Below are positions 1 through 14,566 of a stretch of DNA of 64,000 bases, in pieces. Numbering within the stretch: position 1 is the first letter of the stretch; every line of letters begins with the position of its first letter. The DNA comes from Callorhinchus milii (lineage: Eukaryota), in assembly GCF_018977255.1 (NCBI RefSeq), contig NW_024704742.1, positions 103,976,001 through 104,040,000 of the forward strand, read 5' to 3'. The position numbers and the translations under genes were made by a program. The notes beneath the pieces are model-generated. The model was not told the DNA's origin. It did not search any database and worked only from the letters and a program-made list of their open reading frames with translations.

Positions 1-330
1 GAGAATCTTAAGGTGCTTCACAGAATATACTGTAAGGTGAATTGACTGTATATTTTGTGGATGGAACGCGGCAGTCAGTTTTGTACAGCAGTGTCCCACA
101 AACAGTCATGGATTGAGTGACCACATTTTTTTAAAAAATGTTCTTTGAAGGGATTATTACCCCCAGAAAAGCAATTCACCATTCGACTAACAACCTAGGT
201 TCCTACTTACTGCTAGGTCAACAGAGGCGTGTGGAGTAAGGAAACTTGGCCAGCGTTTCACCCTGCCGGGAATCGAACCCAGGTCCTCTCACTTACGAGG
301 CAAGCGCTTTAACCACTAAGCTACAGGACT
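1..330 (-). mobile_element. tRNA-derived SINE with L2-type tail (tail truncated by the window edge)
   Basis: Minus-strand head has A box TAGCTTAGTGG and B box GGTTCGATTCCC; body shared with other copies. Confidence 0.85.
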
Positions 331-1314
331 TCACTGTACATAGAAATGTCATGGCATAGCCCACTTAATCCAATCCGGTGTTTATATCTCACATGAGTTT
401 CCACCTCCTATTTCCTTTTCCAATAAATTCTCTATTTCCTTCTCCCTTATGTGTGCATCAAGCTTCCTCTTTATTTTGCTTTGTGCGCAGCTTCTGCCAG
501 CAAGTTCTACGTTCTCACCACCTTGTTCCTCGTAAATTCCCTTTTAGATCTACTGCTGGCTATCTTACATTTGCGCCCCCTTGTTTTAGACTCGCCACCA
601 AGTGAAATAACTTATCGATCACCACCCTATTGAATCCTTTCTTAATCTTAAAATCAATTAGAATTTTTACAAAGAGCTCACAATGTGAAATATTTTGATA
701 TGAAAGCTAAGTTCATGATTCCTCTGCTTTATTAAATTTCTACTAATTTGGGACAAATGGCTACCAGCTCCTCGTATTTACAAATGTAGCCATTTCTCTG
801 TTGTCAGTTTGTATCTATTTGTATTGAAACCTTTGCAATTGTTATCAATTTTACTCATACATAGTTTTAATCAAACGTTATTGCTAGAAAAGTTATTTGA
901 AAATGCTGCTGAAGATAAACTTCAAAGACACTTGTATTCCACAGTTAATGTCAAGAGTCACCCATAGGCATTTTTGTCCTGAGTTGATTAGGTCAAAAAG
1001 ACGGGTTGGTGTGACATACATTTGTTTTCTGGAAGGAGTCCCCATTTGAACTCCTCTGGTTCCTTTTTAAGGAATTGTATTGCGGAATCCTACAAATTAG
1101 ACTTGCACTCCTTTTGCTGTAATTGTCACTTTATATTTTTCAGAAGTAGGATTTAAATCCTGATGCCTAATATGTGGCTGAAATGAAATCTACTTTATTG
1201 CTCCACAACAGCCAATACATTTTTAAGCATGTTTTCTAAGAACCTGTGATTATAAATACCCTTATACCCACTTTCCATCCTTGTGAAGCTCTCCGAGGTG
1301 TTGTAAAGCTATAC

Positions 1315-1555
1315 AAAGGGATTTGCACACACAGGATAGTGTAAATCTGAACCTTTCTCCCCCAAAAGGTTGTGGATGCTGGATCAATTCAAATTTTCAA
1401 GAGTGAGGTAGATAGATATTTGTTAGGTCAGGGTATCAAGGGATATGGCCCAAGGGCGGGTAATTGGAGTTGAGGTACAGATCGGCTATGATCTAATAGA
1501 ATGGCGGAACAGGTTCAAGGGGCTGAATGCCCTACACCTGTTCCTATGTTGCCTA
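1315..1555 (+). mobile_element. CR1 3' fragment
   Basis: atctgaacctttctcccccaaaaggttgtggatgc...gggctgaatgccctacacctgttcctatgtt, similar to the CR1 3' end. Confidence 0.7.
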
Positions 1556-2377
1556 CATGAAGGGAGCTATAAGAATGCAACTTGTTATTGTTTTCAGTAT
1601 TCTTTCTCATAGACACCACAGTGGCTTTTCAATTGTTTCAAATCCAATCCTAAGCATCTCTTTTCACTGAAAATTTGCTGATATAAAGGAGTGGCCAGCA
1701 TCACAAAGTGCAAAAAACATTACATAATTCCTTAATCACGGACTCCTGCACTCGATTCTGCTACACTGCACAAATCAGACGTGAAATTATTTGCTGAATA
1801 TCAGAAGTCTAGTTCTAGCAATCAGTCAAACAATAATCTCAAGGAAAACTTCGTCATAATTATATGAACCTCTGTGTGGGCAATATTTTATTTAAAATAT
1901 GTTTCGAATAAATCATTCCACAGTGAAATGATTCAAATTCACTTACAGCTCCCACAAAAGTCCAGTGTTTTCCCAGTGAGGAGCCGAGGTTTCCTGTGTT
2001 CAAGTTCATGCTAGGTTAGTTGATCTCAGCTGTGACAGGACTAGGGACATTACTGTTTATATCACTCTTGATCAATATCAGCTTTGGTGCTTTCCATTAA
2101 CCTGCTACATGTTCACTGTCACAAAGGAATAAAGGTACCGTGGAATTCAGTACATGTAAAAAGGAGCCTTCAAAAACAGACGAGTTGGTTAAAAATGAAC
2201 ACCTGAATGTTATTTCGATATGTTCGTTTATGCTGAAATATTTTTCTTACATTAACAAAGCAGCTCAGACAAAGCATAATTGATGCAAATCTTTTCATGT
2301 AACCTGAAAACCATTGTCTTGACACCTGCCTGTATCTAGTTCAGTATCGGTGGTGGTATAGCTCTAAGGCAACTTGA

Positions 2378-2665
<288 letters not shown>

Positions 2666-5600
2666 TAAGCAAACTGACCAATTGTGCGCCGCCTTCACTT
2701 TTGCGCTGTTCTCCAGCCTCCGCTAACCTTAGTTTACCATTAATTAATCCTTACATTACATTAATTAAGCCTTTCACGTTAGCAGGATGTCTCAACGTTT
2801 CCCAGGAAATACTGAAAAGTATTGACATTACTGCCAATTTGTACAAACAACCATGAGGTGAATGATTTTAAGATTGTTGTCCAGGACACCGGGAGAAACT
2901 CCCTTCTCTTTTCAAGAAGTGCCATGGGATCTTTAACATCCATTTGAACAGGCAGTGTACATACTCCATTCACCACAACCTGTGCTGCACAGCGATGGGG
3001 AGAAATCCGACTGCCTCCAGGTTTACTTTGTATACATAACATTTCAGAGTTTCCAAAACATAGCCAAATACTGAATTCAAACTTAATCTGGTTTTCTGTA
3101 GTTCTTAAAAGCATTTAGAGAAAAATAGTTTCAAAAATGAAAGTTGTATTTAAAATTCACCAAATTCTGGAAGCTCTGAAATTCTACATTGACCCAGGTG
3201 GCATGTCTCCCCGTGCATTGTTTAGTAATGTAAATGCAAGCTGCTGTTACTTACAGCTAAGGGGTAGATGCAGAGTTAATATTGACGACATGGTTTATTA
3301 ACTAAACCCAGCTTTGAACTGAGGTGCATTTCTTCTGCTCCAGTAGTAAAAGCTCATTAACAATTAGGCTCACTCTAGCAACTGAAGAGGTTACTGTGTA
3401 GCAAATGAAAACAGCCCTGTCTTGGCTGTATTCAACATGAAGTCTGCTCACAGGTTTTGATAAAATTGTTTCTAATATTATTAGGGGTTTGCTACTTCTG
3501 TACTCGAACAGCTTTTCTTTCATTCAGAATGGAAAAAATCCCTGCCTCCAAATGACTGGTTTGTTTCTTTGAGACATCTCAATGACATGAAAGGCACTAT
3601 ATCAAATGCAAAGATTATTATTATCATTATTATAAGGTCCCTTCTGAGATGACTACATTCAAGACTGAAGAGCCCTAGTTTTTCTAATCGTTGCTCAATT
3701 AATCTTAACTCCATCTGATACTGATCACACTCTGTGAAAAGTGTTTTAGATGTGGTTGGCATATTGTAGAGAGCTGAAGTGCTGGATTAACCACTTTTTT
3801 AAAAAAAACACACGCACATGAAAGATAGCTTTGAAAGATGTTTTCCTGTTGTTCCGTTGCTTCAACTGGTTGCACTGCATGAATAAACACTACAACGGTG
3901 AGAGGATACTCCAGTGTGAAGAATTTGAATGAAAACAGGATAAAATGAAGATATTCTTCTTGCATATTTTCATACCAATTCATTATCTTAAAATGTTAGT
4001 GTGTCTTTATAATCGATTGAATTTTGGGAAATTCTTAAATTCACTCAATTTGGAAGCTGGTTGTTTTTACAGATTTTTAGGAACTCTGGTGCACAAACCA
4101 ATTAAATTTCTGTGAGTAGGTGCATAAAGCAGAACTCTCAGTCCTGGTCCAGATACTCTTAAACGTATCAATGGATTCCCACTTGTGTAAGACCCCAAGA
4201 GTACTTGGTCATCGCAATGACAGTCCTCCAATACTATCCTTAAGTAGATACTTATCTATCTATTTTGCTTTCCATTGGTGAACTGAATTATTCTTATGTT
4301 GTCCTCAAGCAACATTGCTGAAGAGGAGCTGGTCACAAACCATAAAAATGGCAGCAAATGTATTTTTCCTATTGTCTGCACCTCCTTTATCACATAAGAT
4401 AAACACAGCATGAAGTAAAGGAGAGAATTTGCCATTCTTTATGCTTCATTGCTAGGATCCTGCAAATTGCCAACCAAACACTGGCAAATATTTATCAGCT
4501 TCTCTTTCTGAAGGAGTTAATTGAACAACATCAGCTGCTTCTGTTTGGAATCTGTTCCACATATCCACTACCGTGTGAGAATTGCATTTGTAATCTAATC
4601 TCTAGCACTGAAGCGTGTTCATTTTAAACTAATGGCCACAAGCTCTGCTTTCATGTCAGATAAACCCTTTATGCAGTGGAGCTCCATTATAATTTGATTG
4701 TCAGGAACTATAAAATCCCAACAATTCCTAAAACAGGACATGATTGCATTCAATACATCTGAATTCACTGTGTGTATCTGCAGAAAGATAAAATGCTAGA
4801 AGAAAAAATGGCCAACTTCTGGGGCATCAGCTCACCATCAATGTCACTTTCTGCCTGTTGTCCATGTGCAGCTGATAGGAAGTGACTTCAGTAGTGACCT
4901 GATAACCTGGGGGTCAGACATTTTGGCTGTTTCCCCCTCATGCCAGCTGGTATTTTCAAGTGGTGATGCAGCTGGCCTCTGTATTTGGGATTTTATGGAT
5001 AAATAAATGTGGGGGCCTATGCCCACACTTTTTTAAAAAAAAGTGAAAATACATTGTAATGAAGCACTTTATAACAACAAGGTTCTACTGTATTTACATC
5101 ATTTATACCTTATCATTTTGACATGTTCTAGAATCTTACATCAGAAATGTGTTTTCACATTCAGGCAGTGTATTTTCAATGATACAAAGTACCGTAATTT
5201 AGGATTAAGTCTATATTTTAATAATAATCCTTACATTTGATATAGAGTCATATTACATTGTTGAGACGTCTCAAAACACTTTACGGAATATGTTGTAAAG
5301 TGGATTGATTGTGTATTCTGTGGGCGAAACACGGGTGCCAATTGCGCACAGTAGATGTTAAATTCATCCTTCATTTTAATTTGGTTTGTGCTTTCTTACA
5401 ACACAGAATGCAAACAGTGTCTGGTTGGCTCACTTAGTAATTCCATTAGCTAGTGTGAACCTGAGCATCATCAATACTAAAATTAACATTCATTTTAGCG
5501 AAGTTCACATTGAGAGGATGTCCCAAGGCACTAATTAATAATGATGATGAAGAGTCTGAGGTTCTAATAATACTGATCAGTCGTGGCCACAGTACTTGGG

Positions 5601-7290
5601 AGAAAGATGTAGGTTGAGCAATATGGCTGCTGGACCACTGTGACTGTGCTATGAAGATGGGCAAAGAAAAATCTCACTGGAAAAAACAAAATGGAGCAAC
5701 AGGATCCAAGTTTTTAAAATAATCACAAAATCCCAAGATTGGTTCGGATGAAGAAAGCCCTTCAGCCAATTTGATCTCATCCTTCCATGATACCCACTCT
5801 ATTGTCTACCCATCACAGCATCAAGCCTCAACCACCCTTCCTGGCACCCTATTCCAGTCATTGATAGGAGCTAATTAATTTCATGCAGGAAGATATTTTG
5901 GACTGGGGATTCAGGAATTAACCAGTTAAATTAATAAATAGCTTCTTCATACAGAACTACATTTTCTGATTCAGTTCAAAGAAGAAGGATGTGGCATTGG
6001 GTTTTATATATTTTTAAATGGCCAAATGTGCTGATATGTTGCTAGAACAGGATGTGGTTAGAGCTGATTCTGCCTTGTACTTGTGTTCCTGAGCACTTCA
6101 AAGTGTATGAAATCACATCCAATTAAACCTGGTTAAAACAGCTTTTCACATCATGTGTCAGTGAAAACTTTAGCAATAGAAAAAGGGAGCATTAAATGGA
6201 GTAAACCTGGGGTGGGGGGAGAATGGATGAACCATTTTGTCCAAAGACCAATTTTTTTTGGGGGGGAGGGGTGTAGAAATTATTGAAAAAAAGATCAAAT
6301 TGCATTGCCCAATTTCCATTACCTCAAGACCTTGAATTTGTTCTATTCGTTTCACCTTCCAGCTGTACCCTCATCACTCATCTCTGTTGACAGTATGGCT
6401 GACGTGGTTTTAATCGTTCATGACTTTTCTCGCCAGTCACTATTTCTCTTCTAATTGTCATCCATCCTCTTACTTAAGGCATTTCCCTTCTACTGGGATA
6501 CAGTTCTATGGTTACGAGTGCACTTCAGTACCTTGCTCAAATGTCCAGTATTCGTGTGTAAGCTTTCTCTGAGAATATTAGTTGATTATTAACTGTGAGT
6601 GAGTCTTGGCTGACCCTGTCCTCACCCAACATTAATACGTACATACCTTCTGACAGTTTAATTATCTGACCTGCGTTGTTATGAACCTGTATGTCGCTAG
6701 ACTTTTTCTAACCCTCAAGCCTCTTTGTAGGTTTGTTTCCCTTAGGCCATTTATTGATAATGCTCAGGTTTCCATTTTCTTCCTTAACATGTTTTGTTGC
6801 TCCTCTTGACCTATAATGGCCTGACTGATCTCCCTATCCTGCCTCCCACACATCCCTCCATCTCATACAATGCTCAGACAGTAGGCTCCGCGCTGAGACA
6901 TCAAACGCAGACCAGGGCGGTTCAATCAATAGCACTTTTCCAGTACTCTTGCATGCAAAAAAAATGGAGAAAGCCAACCATATATCTTTGGCTATATAAA
7001 CTTGAACTGCAATTTCCCGGTCGTGCTCCTGCTTCAGGCAAGGTAGACAGTGGGAGATGTTTATATGAATTAAAGGGCTGTCTCCAATGACAACCAATGG
7101 CAATAAAAATAAAATACTAGTGGAAATAAAGCAATCAAATTGGAATTTTAAACTATCAGTAGTCAAACATGTGATTGACCATATCGTCAATGTTTAAACT
7201 CCTACATATTGATGTTTAAGACATTGAATGATTTGTATCCAATGACAGCCAGTTATCTTAAAACCACAATTGTCTCTTCCTCTGTTACAG

Positions 7291-7459
7291 TGTGTGTTCC
7301 TGGTTTGGTGCATGGCTCCCACCTCTTCTAATGGTTCTCAACTGATCTACAAGCGCTTTATCCGCCCCTTCTTTATCAAGCATGGGGATAAAGTGGATCG
7401 TTTTGCGAAGGATTTGACCAACAAGGCCTCTGAGGCTGCAGACAGCATTTCAAGTGTTG
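7291..7459 (+). CDS. REEP5: REEP5 coding exon 4, 169 bp
   Basis: ttacag|TGT GTG TTC...GTT G|gtatgt; CVFLVWCMAPTSSNGSQLIYKRFIRPFFIKH...; phases match the flanking exons. Confidence 0.95.
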
Positions 7460-7829
7460 GTATGTTAATGATGGTTGTAATGTAGGTGTTTCAAAATGTA
7501 AATGTGTATAGATTTACATAGATTGTACAGCACAGAAACATCCCATATGAGATGTCACTCCCTCATCTCATATAACATCCATCACATGATCCCTCAACCC
7601 CATACACACCCTTCTCCTGACCTCCCATCTCTCCCTCCTTGCCCCTGTGTTATAAATCTCTCTTTGTTCACCGGCACAGCTGTCATCACCTACCCCCTCT
7701 TTTTAAAACAAATCCCTCGTCCCATCGACCCATCCTTGTCAGGCTCATGCATGATGAATGGTCACTTGTGTGAGGAGCTGCTCAAACCCAGATAGAACTG
7801 ATGCACTCAGAAATTACAAAAATATCTTA

Positions 7830-8440
7830 TCCAACAACAACAAATTACATTTGTATAGAGGATGTCTCAAGCTGGAGGATGTACCAAGGCACTCGACAAT
7901 CAGGGATTTTGACCTGAGCAGGGGATTGGGATCAAGAGGGGTGTAGGGCGCGGAAGGTAGGGATAAAAGGGTGACCAAAGGTGAGGTTGAAGAGGAGGGT
8001 CTTGAGATAGGCTTTGAAGCTTTATGAATTTCGTAAAGGCATGAAGCGATTTGTAGATGGGTTTGAGGATTTTGAAGTTAATCTGTAATGGAGCCAGTGG
8101 AGCCTGGCAAGGAAATGTGTGATAGTGGTATTGAATATTAGTGTGGAATATTAGTAAACAGGTGGTGGATATTAGTAAATAGCTGTTGGTCAGGGACTGG
8201 TTGTGGGATACAAAGGACAGTTGTGGGTTGAACTGACGCCCAGGTTACTCACAGGTTCAGTAAATTCAGTAAGTCTGAGGAAAAGACCGGGGCAGTTGGG
8301 AAGGTCAGGTACGCAGGAAAGAAGAGTATTAATAGGAGCTAAGGGGTATGGCTTCCGTCTTGTCAGCGTTCAATTGCAATATTTTTATGCAAGTGAAGGG
8401 GCTGTGGGATGGAGGTCCAGAGGTTGGAGGCTGAGAGGCT
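7830..8440 (-). mobile_element. Decayed L2 in REEP5 intron 4
   Basis: (CAA)n tail at about 7832, L2 3' end and ORF2 remnants. Confidence 0.7.
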
Positions 8441-8591
8441 GATCGCCAATGATCCAGTTTACTTTTATATTTCATTTTGATGTGATATTGGGCTACCTTA
8501 TAAATACGTATTTAAAACATTGCAGTCTGTAAAGATTACTTTTTAAAACCCACATTGTATTGTACATTTGTTGCGTTTTGTGTCTTTCCAG

Positions 8592-8641
8592 CCAAGAAAG
8601 CAACAGCAAATATACTTTTGGAAGAAAAGAAAAGCACTTAA
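8592..8641 (+). CDS. REEP5: REEP5 last coding exon, 50 bp including TAA
   Basis: tttccag|CC AAG AAA...ACT TAA gives AKKATANILLEEKKST*, matching the REEP5 C-terminus (KKxx-type end). Confidence 0.93.
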
Positions 8642-8958
8642 AGATTGCGTGAGAAAGCTTGTCTCCTCTATCCTCACTTCTTCAGGATGCAGAAGAACAC
8701 GGGATATTGCCTTTGGAAAGTTTTTTTTAATGCACACTTTGAATGTGTCTTTGTTACACTTGTAACCCCTGTGCTGATTTTACCAAGAATCCATAAAAGT
8801 GAGAAATGTGTATGGTACTCAAACCGCAATGTAATATTACAATCAGTGTTTAATCGCTTGTTACAAATGGTCATGTTCTCTCACCTTTGTACAGGTTTTA
8901 GTCCTGTAATTGATTGTTTGCTGGCCTGTAAGTGTCCTCTATGGTCTGATATGTGCCC

Positions 8959-8964
8959 AATAAA
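8959..8964 (+). terminator. Candidate REEP5 polyadenylation signal AATAAA
   Basis: AATAAA about 320 nt after the stop codon, followed by T/GT-rich sequence. Confidence 0.55.
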
Positions 8965-9930
8965 CTTATAAAGTCCCTTCTGCTGTTGTCACCGTCTTTT
9001 TTTAACTACCATATATCTTTAGCTTGTCATCCTTCATCCCTTCCACTCCAGTCAGTGTGCCCCAAAACTCTGGAACTCCCTGCCTTAATTCCTTCACATA
9101 TAGGGTGCTTCATAAATGTGTGTGTCAGTTTAGCTCAGTGACCACCCCTTCCTCAAAATCTACCACTCCACTCTAGTCTCGGCCATGTCGTCCTTCGACT
9201 CCAGGATAATCCTGGAGGCGAAGAACAACCCCGGGCTTCTGTTTTCTACTACATAATAATAATCCTTGCATTTGATATAACGCTTTTCACGTTTTCGAGA
9301 CATCTCAAAGCGCTTCACAGAATATACTGTAAAGTAAATTGACTGTATATTTGTGGGCAAACGCGGCAGCCAATTGTGCACAGCAGTGTCCCACAAACAG
9401 TCTTTGATTGAAAATGACCAATTTATTATTGTTTTATTATACCTTTACATTGCACACATTAGCACACCAAACCTTCAAACAAAGTGAATAATGATATCAG
9501 CTCACGGACTCCATTTAAGTCCTGCTGCAAAATTTAGAAGAGTTCTGTACAAACGGTCAGCAAAAGTTATATTCAAAGACAATTCAGCCACCTTTCAAAA
9601 CTGATGCCCCACCTTGTTCAGGCTCCCATTCAATTTCCATTGAATGCTTTCGAGTTGTTCTCCTCCGTGAAAACCTGGTATATAAATGGTTCTTGTCATG
9701 AAAGCTGGGCATGCTGCTTTAATGAGCAAAGCTCTCAGCCTTCCTTTAAGTGTTGCTGCAAAATTCCCAGATATTTAGCTCATATTAATATTCTAATTCT
9801 AAACCATGGGTGTACATAGTTCAGTAGTTTTTAAGGAGAGCCTATAGGGAATAAATACACACAAATACACCTTTCCCATGTACACATCACAGCAAGTATC
9901 CCATATAAAAAATAATGAAGACTCGAGACC

Positions 9931-11855
9931 TAAAACTCAATTTCTCTCACATCCCGACTCCTCCGTCCCCCCTGCCACCCCGCACAGGTCAAGTCCTCCA
10001 ACCTTCACTGTGAGGAGATGCTGGATTTCCTTGAATCCAAAATCAAGGGAATCCGCTCCGCGGTCACTTCCCCTCCAACCTCCACCCACCCCCACCCCCT
10101 CCCTCCCACACTCCGACTCCTACCCATCCTCCCCTGCACACCTTCGAACCCATTTCCCCACCCTCTGTCACCAACCTCATCCTGTCCCTGAAACCCACCA
10201 CCTGCTCCCTTGACCCCATCCCCACTCCACTCCTTATCTCCCAGCACCACCTCCTTGCCCCACATATCACAGACATCATCAACCTGTCCCTCTCCTGTGG
10301 CTCTGTTCCCATTCCCTTAAAAACTGCCACCATCACTCCCACCTTGAAAAAACCCTCCCTTGATGCGTCGCAGCTATCAAGCTACCGGCCCATCTCCAAC
10401 CTCCCCTTCCTGTCCAAGGTCCTTGAAAGAGTTGTCGCCTCCCAGCTGCGCTCTTTCCTCTCCACCCATTCATTATTCGAACACCTTCAGTCGGGTTTCC
10501 GTGCTGCCCATAGCACAGAAACTGCCCTGGTCAAGGTCACCAATGACATCCTGACCATCTGCGACCAGGGCTCCCTCTGCCTCCTCGTCCTCCTCGACCT
10601 ATCGGCAGCATTCAATACGGTCGACCACACTATCCTCCTCCACCGCTTGTCCTCCCACCTCAACCTTCAAGGCCCTGTCCTTGAGTCGTTTAGGTTGTAC
10701 CTCTCCCACCGTCTTCACTATGTTTCCACGAAAGGCTTTTCCTCCACCCCCCGCACTGTCTCGTGCGGTGTCCCTCAGGGCTCTGTCCTCGGTCCCCTCC
10801 TCTTCACCCTCTATATGCTCCCCCTTGGTGACATCATCCGCAGACATGGGGTTAACTTCCACATGTATGCGGATGACACCCAACTCTACCTTTCCTCCTC
10901 TACCCTCAACTCCACGACCACCGATGTCCTGACAGCCTTCCTGTCTGACATCGAGTCCTGGACGAGAGACAACTTTCTTCAGCTCAACGTGCGCAAAACT
11001 GAGGCCCTCCTGATTGGTTCGTGTCAGCGCCTCCGCACCTCAGGCGCTGACACCATCAGCATCCAAGGCTGCACTCTCCACCTCTCAAAGACAGTCAGGA
11101 ACCTCGGGGTTCTGTTCGACCCTGAGCTGTCCTTTCTCCCTCAAATCCGCGCCACAACTGGCACCACCTTCCATCACCTCTGGAATGTCGCCAGACTACA
11201 GCACTACCTCACCCCTCACGCTGCTGAAACTCTGGTCCACACCTTTATCACCTCAAGGCTGGACTATGGGAACTCTCTCCTCGTCGGCCTTCCCGGCACC
11301 TCCCTCCACAAGCTGCAGGTCATTCAGAACTCTGCAGTTCATGTACTGTCCCGCACCAGGACCACATCACTCCCACCCTCGCTCGCCTCCACTGGCTCCC
11401 CATCCCCCAGAATTCAAGATCCTCATCCTCACCTACAAGGCCATTCACGGCCTTGCTCCCTCCTACCTCTCCGACCTACTATCCCCCTATCTACCTGCCC
11501 GTACCCTCCGTTCCTCTGGCTCCGGTCTGCTCCACATCCCCCGCCCCAACCGCCCTACCATCGGTGGCCGGGCCTTCAGCCTCTCAGCCCCGAGGCTCTG
11601 GAACTCCATCCCCCAGTGCCTTCGCTGCCTCCTCCCTTTCCTCCTTCAAGGCCGGTCTCAAGACCTTTCTCTTTGACCGAGCCTTCAGCTCCCCTCTCGA
11701 CTCTCTACCCCCTCCTCACTCCCTCCCTTCCCTCCCCTCACCCTGACCATTTCCCCCCAATGCTCGGGTCCTGACCCAACTGTACAGCGCCTTGGGACGT
11801 GCTCCCGACGTGAAAGGCGCTCTATAAATGGAATCTTGATGTTGTTGTTGTTGTT
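9931..11855 (+). mobile_element. L2-clade LINE, 5'-truncated, RT domain largely intact
   Basis: ORF 10344-11774 has [34 protein letters not shown] and YADD motifs; frame break near 11365; L2 3' end and (GTT)n tail; possible TSD CGAGACC at 9924-9930 / 11857-11863. The 5' boundary is approximate. Confidence 0.9.
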
Positions 11856-12044
11856 CCGAGACCACTCTTGCTTCTATGTCAGATGATTGTGGGTTGATGC
11901 TTCAATGCAGTGCTGGGAATATCTTGCATTGAGGGACGTGCCATTCTTCAGATGTGACATTAAACCAAGGTCCCAAGTGGATGACAAAGATCCCAAAGCA
12001 CTATTCAAAAATAGGAGATTCTCCTACGGTCTTGGCCAACAATC

Positions 12045-13000
12045 CAGGTCGGCGGAGTGGGGAGTAGGCAGGTTAGAGAGCAAGGGGAGTGCCAAGGCAT
12101 GAAGCGATTTGTAGATGAGTGTGAGGATCTTGAAGTTAATCTATTCTGTGATGGAGTCAGTGGAGCCTGGCAAGGAAATGTGATTGTGATATTGAATATT
12201 AGTGTGGAATATTAGTAAACAGATGGTGGATATTAGTAAACAGCTGTTAGTCAGGGACTGGATGTGGGATATAAAGGACATTTGTGGGTTAACTGACGCC
12301 CAGGTTATTCATAGGTTCAGTAAGTCTGAGGAAAAGACCGCGGCGGTTGGGGAGGTCAGGGACGCAGGAAAGAAGAGTATTAATAGGAGCTAAGGGGTAT
12401 GGCTTCCGTCTTGTCAACATTCAATTGCAATAAGTTTGCGCTCATCCAGCCCCTGATGGAGCAAGCAAACTGACAGAATATCAGTGGACCTCGAGTCACA
12501 ACTGGAGAAGTTGCCACAAGTGAGTGTGTAAATTTAGGAAAAGAATGGGGCCAAGGATGGTAGCCTTGAGGTACGCTGCAGATCACCCAGCGGATCTGGA
12601 GGAAAAATCGTTAGAGATGAAGTGATGGCAGGAGGTTAAGTAGGACTCAAACCAGGAGGGTGTGGTCCCACTGAGATGGATGAAGGTGATGCAGTGGAGG
12701 AGGATGGGGTGATCGACTGTTGTCAAATGCAGTGGAGAGGTGCAGGGGACAAGGAGGCGGAGGGAGCCCTGGTCACAAAGAAAGGACATCATTTGTGACT
12801 TTGCCGAGCGCTGTTACTGGGCCTTGTGAGGGTGGAAACTAGACATGAGGGGCTCATGTGGGGAGCAGAGGAGAGGTTTGACCGAAGTTGATTAGCAATA
12901 ACACATTCCCGAACTTTGGCAAGGACAAGTTAGAGATGAGACGGTAGTTTATAACATTAGAGATCGAGGATAGATTTTTGAAGAGTAAATCTTTGAAACA
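12045..13000 (-). mobile_element. Decayed L2 RT fragment
   Basis: Minus-strand peptides CDQGSLRLLV, WMSANLLQLNVDKTEAI and NYRLISNL. Confidence 0.75.
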
Positions 13001-13326
13001 AAACTGTCCTACCTTTGATGCATTCAAGTGATCAATCAAATTTCTTTTGAATCAAACCACCACGCCGATTTAGAATGCTTAAGACTTTATTTACATCCGA
13101 TATTCTATCACCTTATAGCTTTAATATTGTCTGCAATTATTCATATTTTAACTGTTACATTCAGTTAAAGTAAAAGGTCAAATTTGGATTCCATTAGAAT
13201 TCCCAGCAAACTGTGAAAGGGTTGGTTTGACTTACTCCTTTTCCTGAAAAGAAGTTGCAAAATTCGGATAAGGAACCCCATCAAGAAATACCATATTAGT
13301 CTTCACAGTCTTCCCACAGAAACTGT

Positions 13327-13332
13327 TTTATT
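13327..13332 (-). terminator. Candidate SRP19 polyadenylation signal (a second one at 13086-13091)
   Basis: AATAAA on the minus strand about 270 nt past the stop codon. Confidence 0.45.
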
Positions 13333-13601
13333 TCAGCCAATACCAGATACAGAATGTGAACAGTAATCAGGTATTTGTTAAATGACACCAACTCAAAAAC
13401 TTGTGTAATTACAAGAACATGACTGAAATGGTGACCGTGCCAAGACAAGTAAACTGATTTCCTGAACTGATTTAAACCAATTGCACTGTTACAAATTCTC
13501 CCCAAGCTATTTAGTTGAAGGAATACAATTATAAAACCAACATTGCCAACAGTGCTTTTATCAGAATAAATAGTTTGACATCAGCAACATTACCCACAGA
13601 A

Positions 13602-13732
13602 TTATTTCTTCTTCTTCTTGCTCTTTTTGCCACCTTCTCCTGGTTGTGTGTTCTGATCCCCTCCTCCAGATTTCTGGGTCCTGGTCTTCAGCTTGGGAAT
13701 CATCTCTGCTACGTACAACATCACTGCCTTAC
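13602..13732 (-). CDS. SRP19: SRP19 exon 5 (last), 131 bp including TAA
   Basis: cccctcag|GT AAG GCA GTG ATG...; (R)KAVMLYVAEMIPKLKTRTQKSGGGDQNTQPGEGGKKSKKKKK*. Confidence 0.95.
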
Positions 13733-14566
13733 CTGAGGGGATTCAAAAGTTTCCAACACATCTTCAGTGCCAATAAACATTTCAGATAGTAGAGTGGTTC
13801 TCCAACACTCGGAGCACTATAAACTTCAAAGCTAGAACTATGCAATAGTTTTGAACATGACATCAATACCAAGATTGATCATTTTAAGTTTCCCTAAAAT
13901 TAAACATGGCAACTTAAAGAAATGCTAATTGCCATCTGAATTATTGTCTTTTCAAACATATACAACAGAATTTTGCAGAACATATAGTCAGTCCAAATCA
14001 ACCTAGGCTGTAGAACAGAAAGGTGGCAGATTGAAGCCATAATAATCTGTTTGTCAGCAGATTAACTTTATTGAATTATTAGAAAAAGGTTGGAATGCAA
14101 ATAAAAACATTATCATGTTTCCCAGACTTTGAGACCAATCAAAACTCAATTTGTTTGAAAGTTGCTCCTGCTTATAAAATGGAGATGAAAGGAACTAGAA
14201 TAAGTAGATACGGGCCAATTTAGTAAACTTTCAATATGTATCATAATGAATTACGGCGAGCACAGAATCAGGATGGGCTCCTGATACACGTTTGCGTGGA
14301 ACACCTCTTATGATTTGGGCTTCCAGATGATTGGATGAGGTACCAGAAAAGTGCCTGTGGCTATGATAGTCACCGTCGCCTGGAGATAGGGAATTTAAGG
14401 TTCAAACAATTTCTTTTAAAGATCGAGGAAATATTTCAAACTAAGTTCAGTGACAACCAAGAAACAAAATCTTAACCATCCAAACCTCTGCCAGCAGAAT
14501 CAACTTGCCTCTCCAGTGCAAAATAATCAACTCAGAAACACAATATTTGGCCTCCAAAACTCATAA

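Noticed and set aside
255..330. tRNA gene-like sequences (also at about 32170-32238, 40122-40186 and 57495-57561)
   Set aside because: They are SINE heads joined to a common body and tail, without an intact acceptor stem
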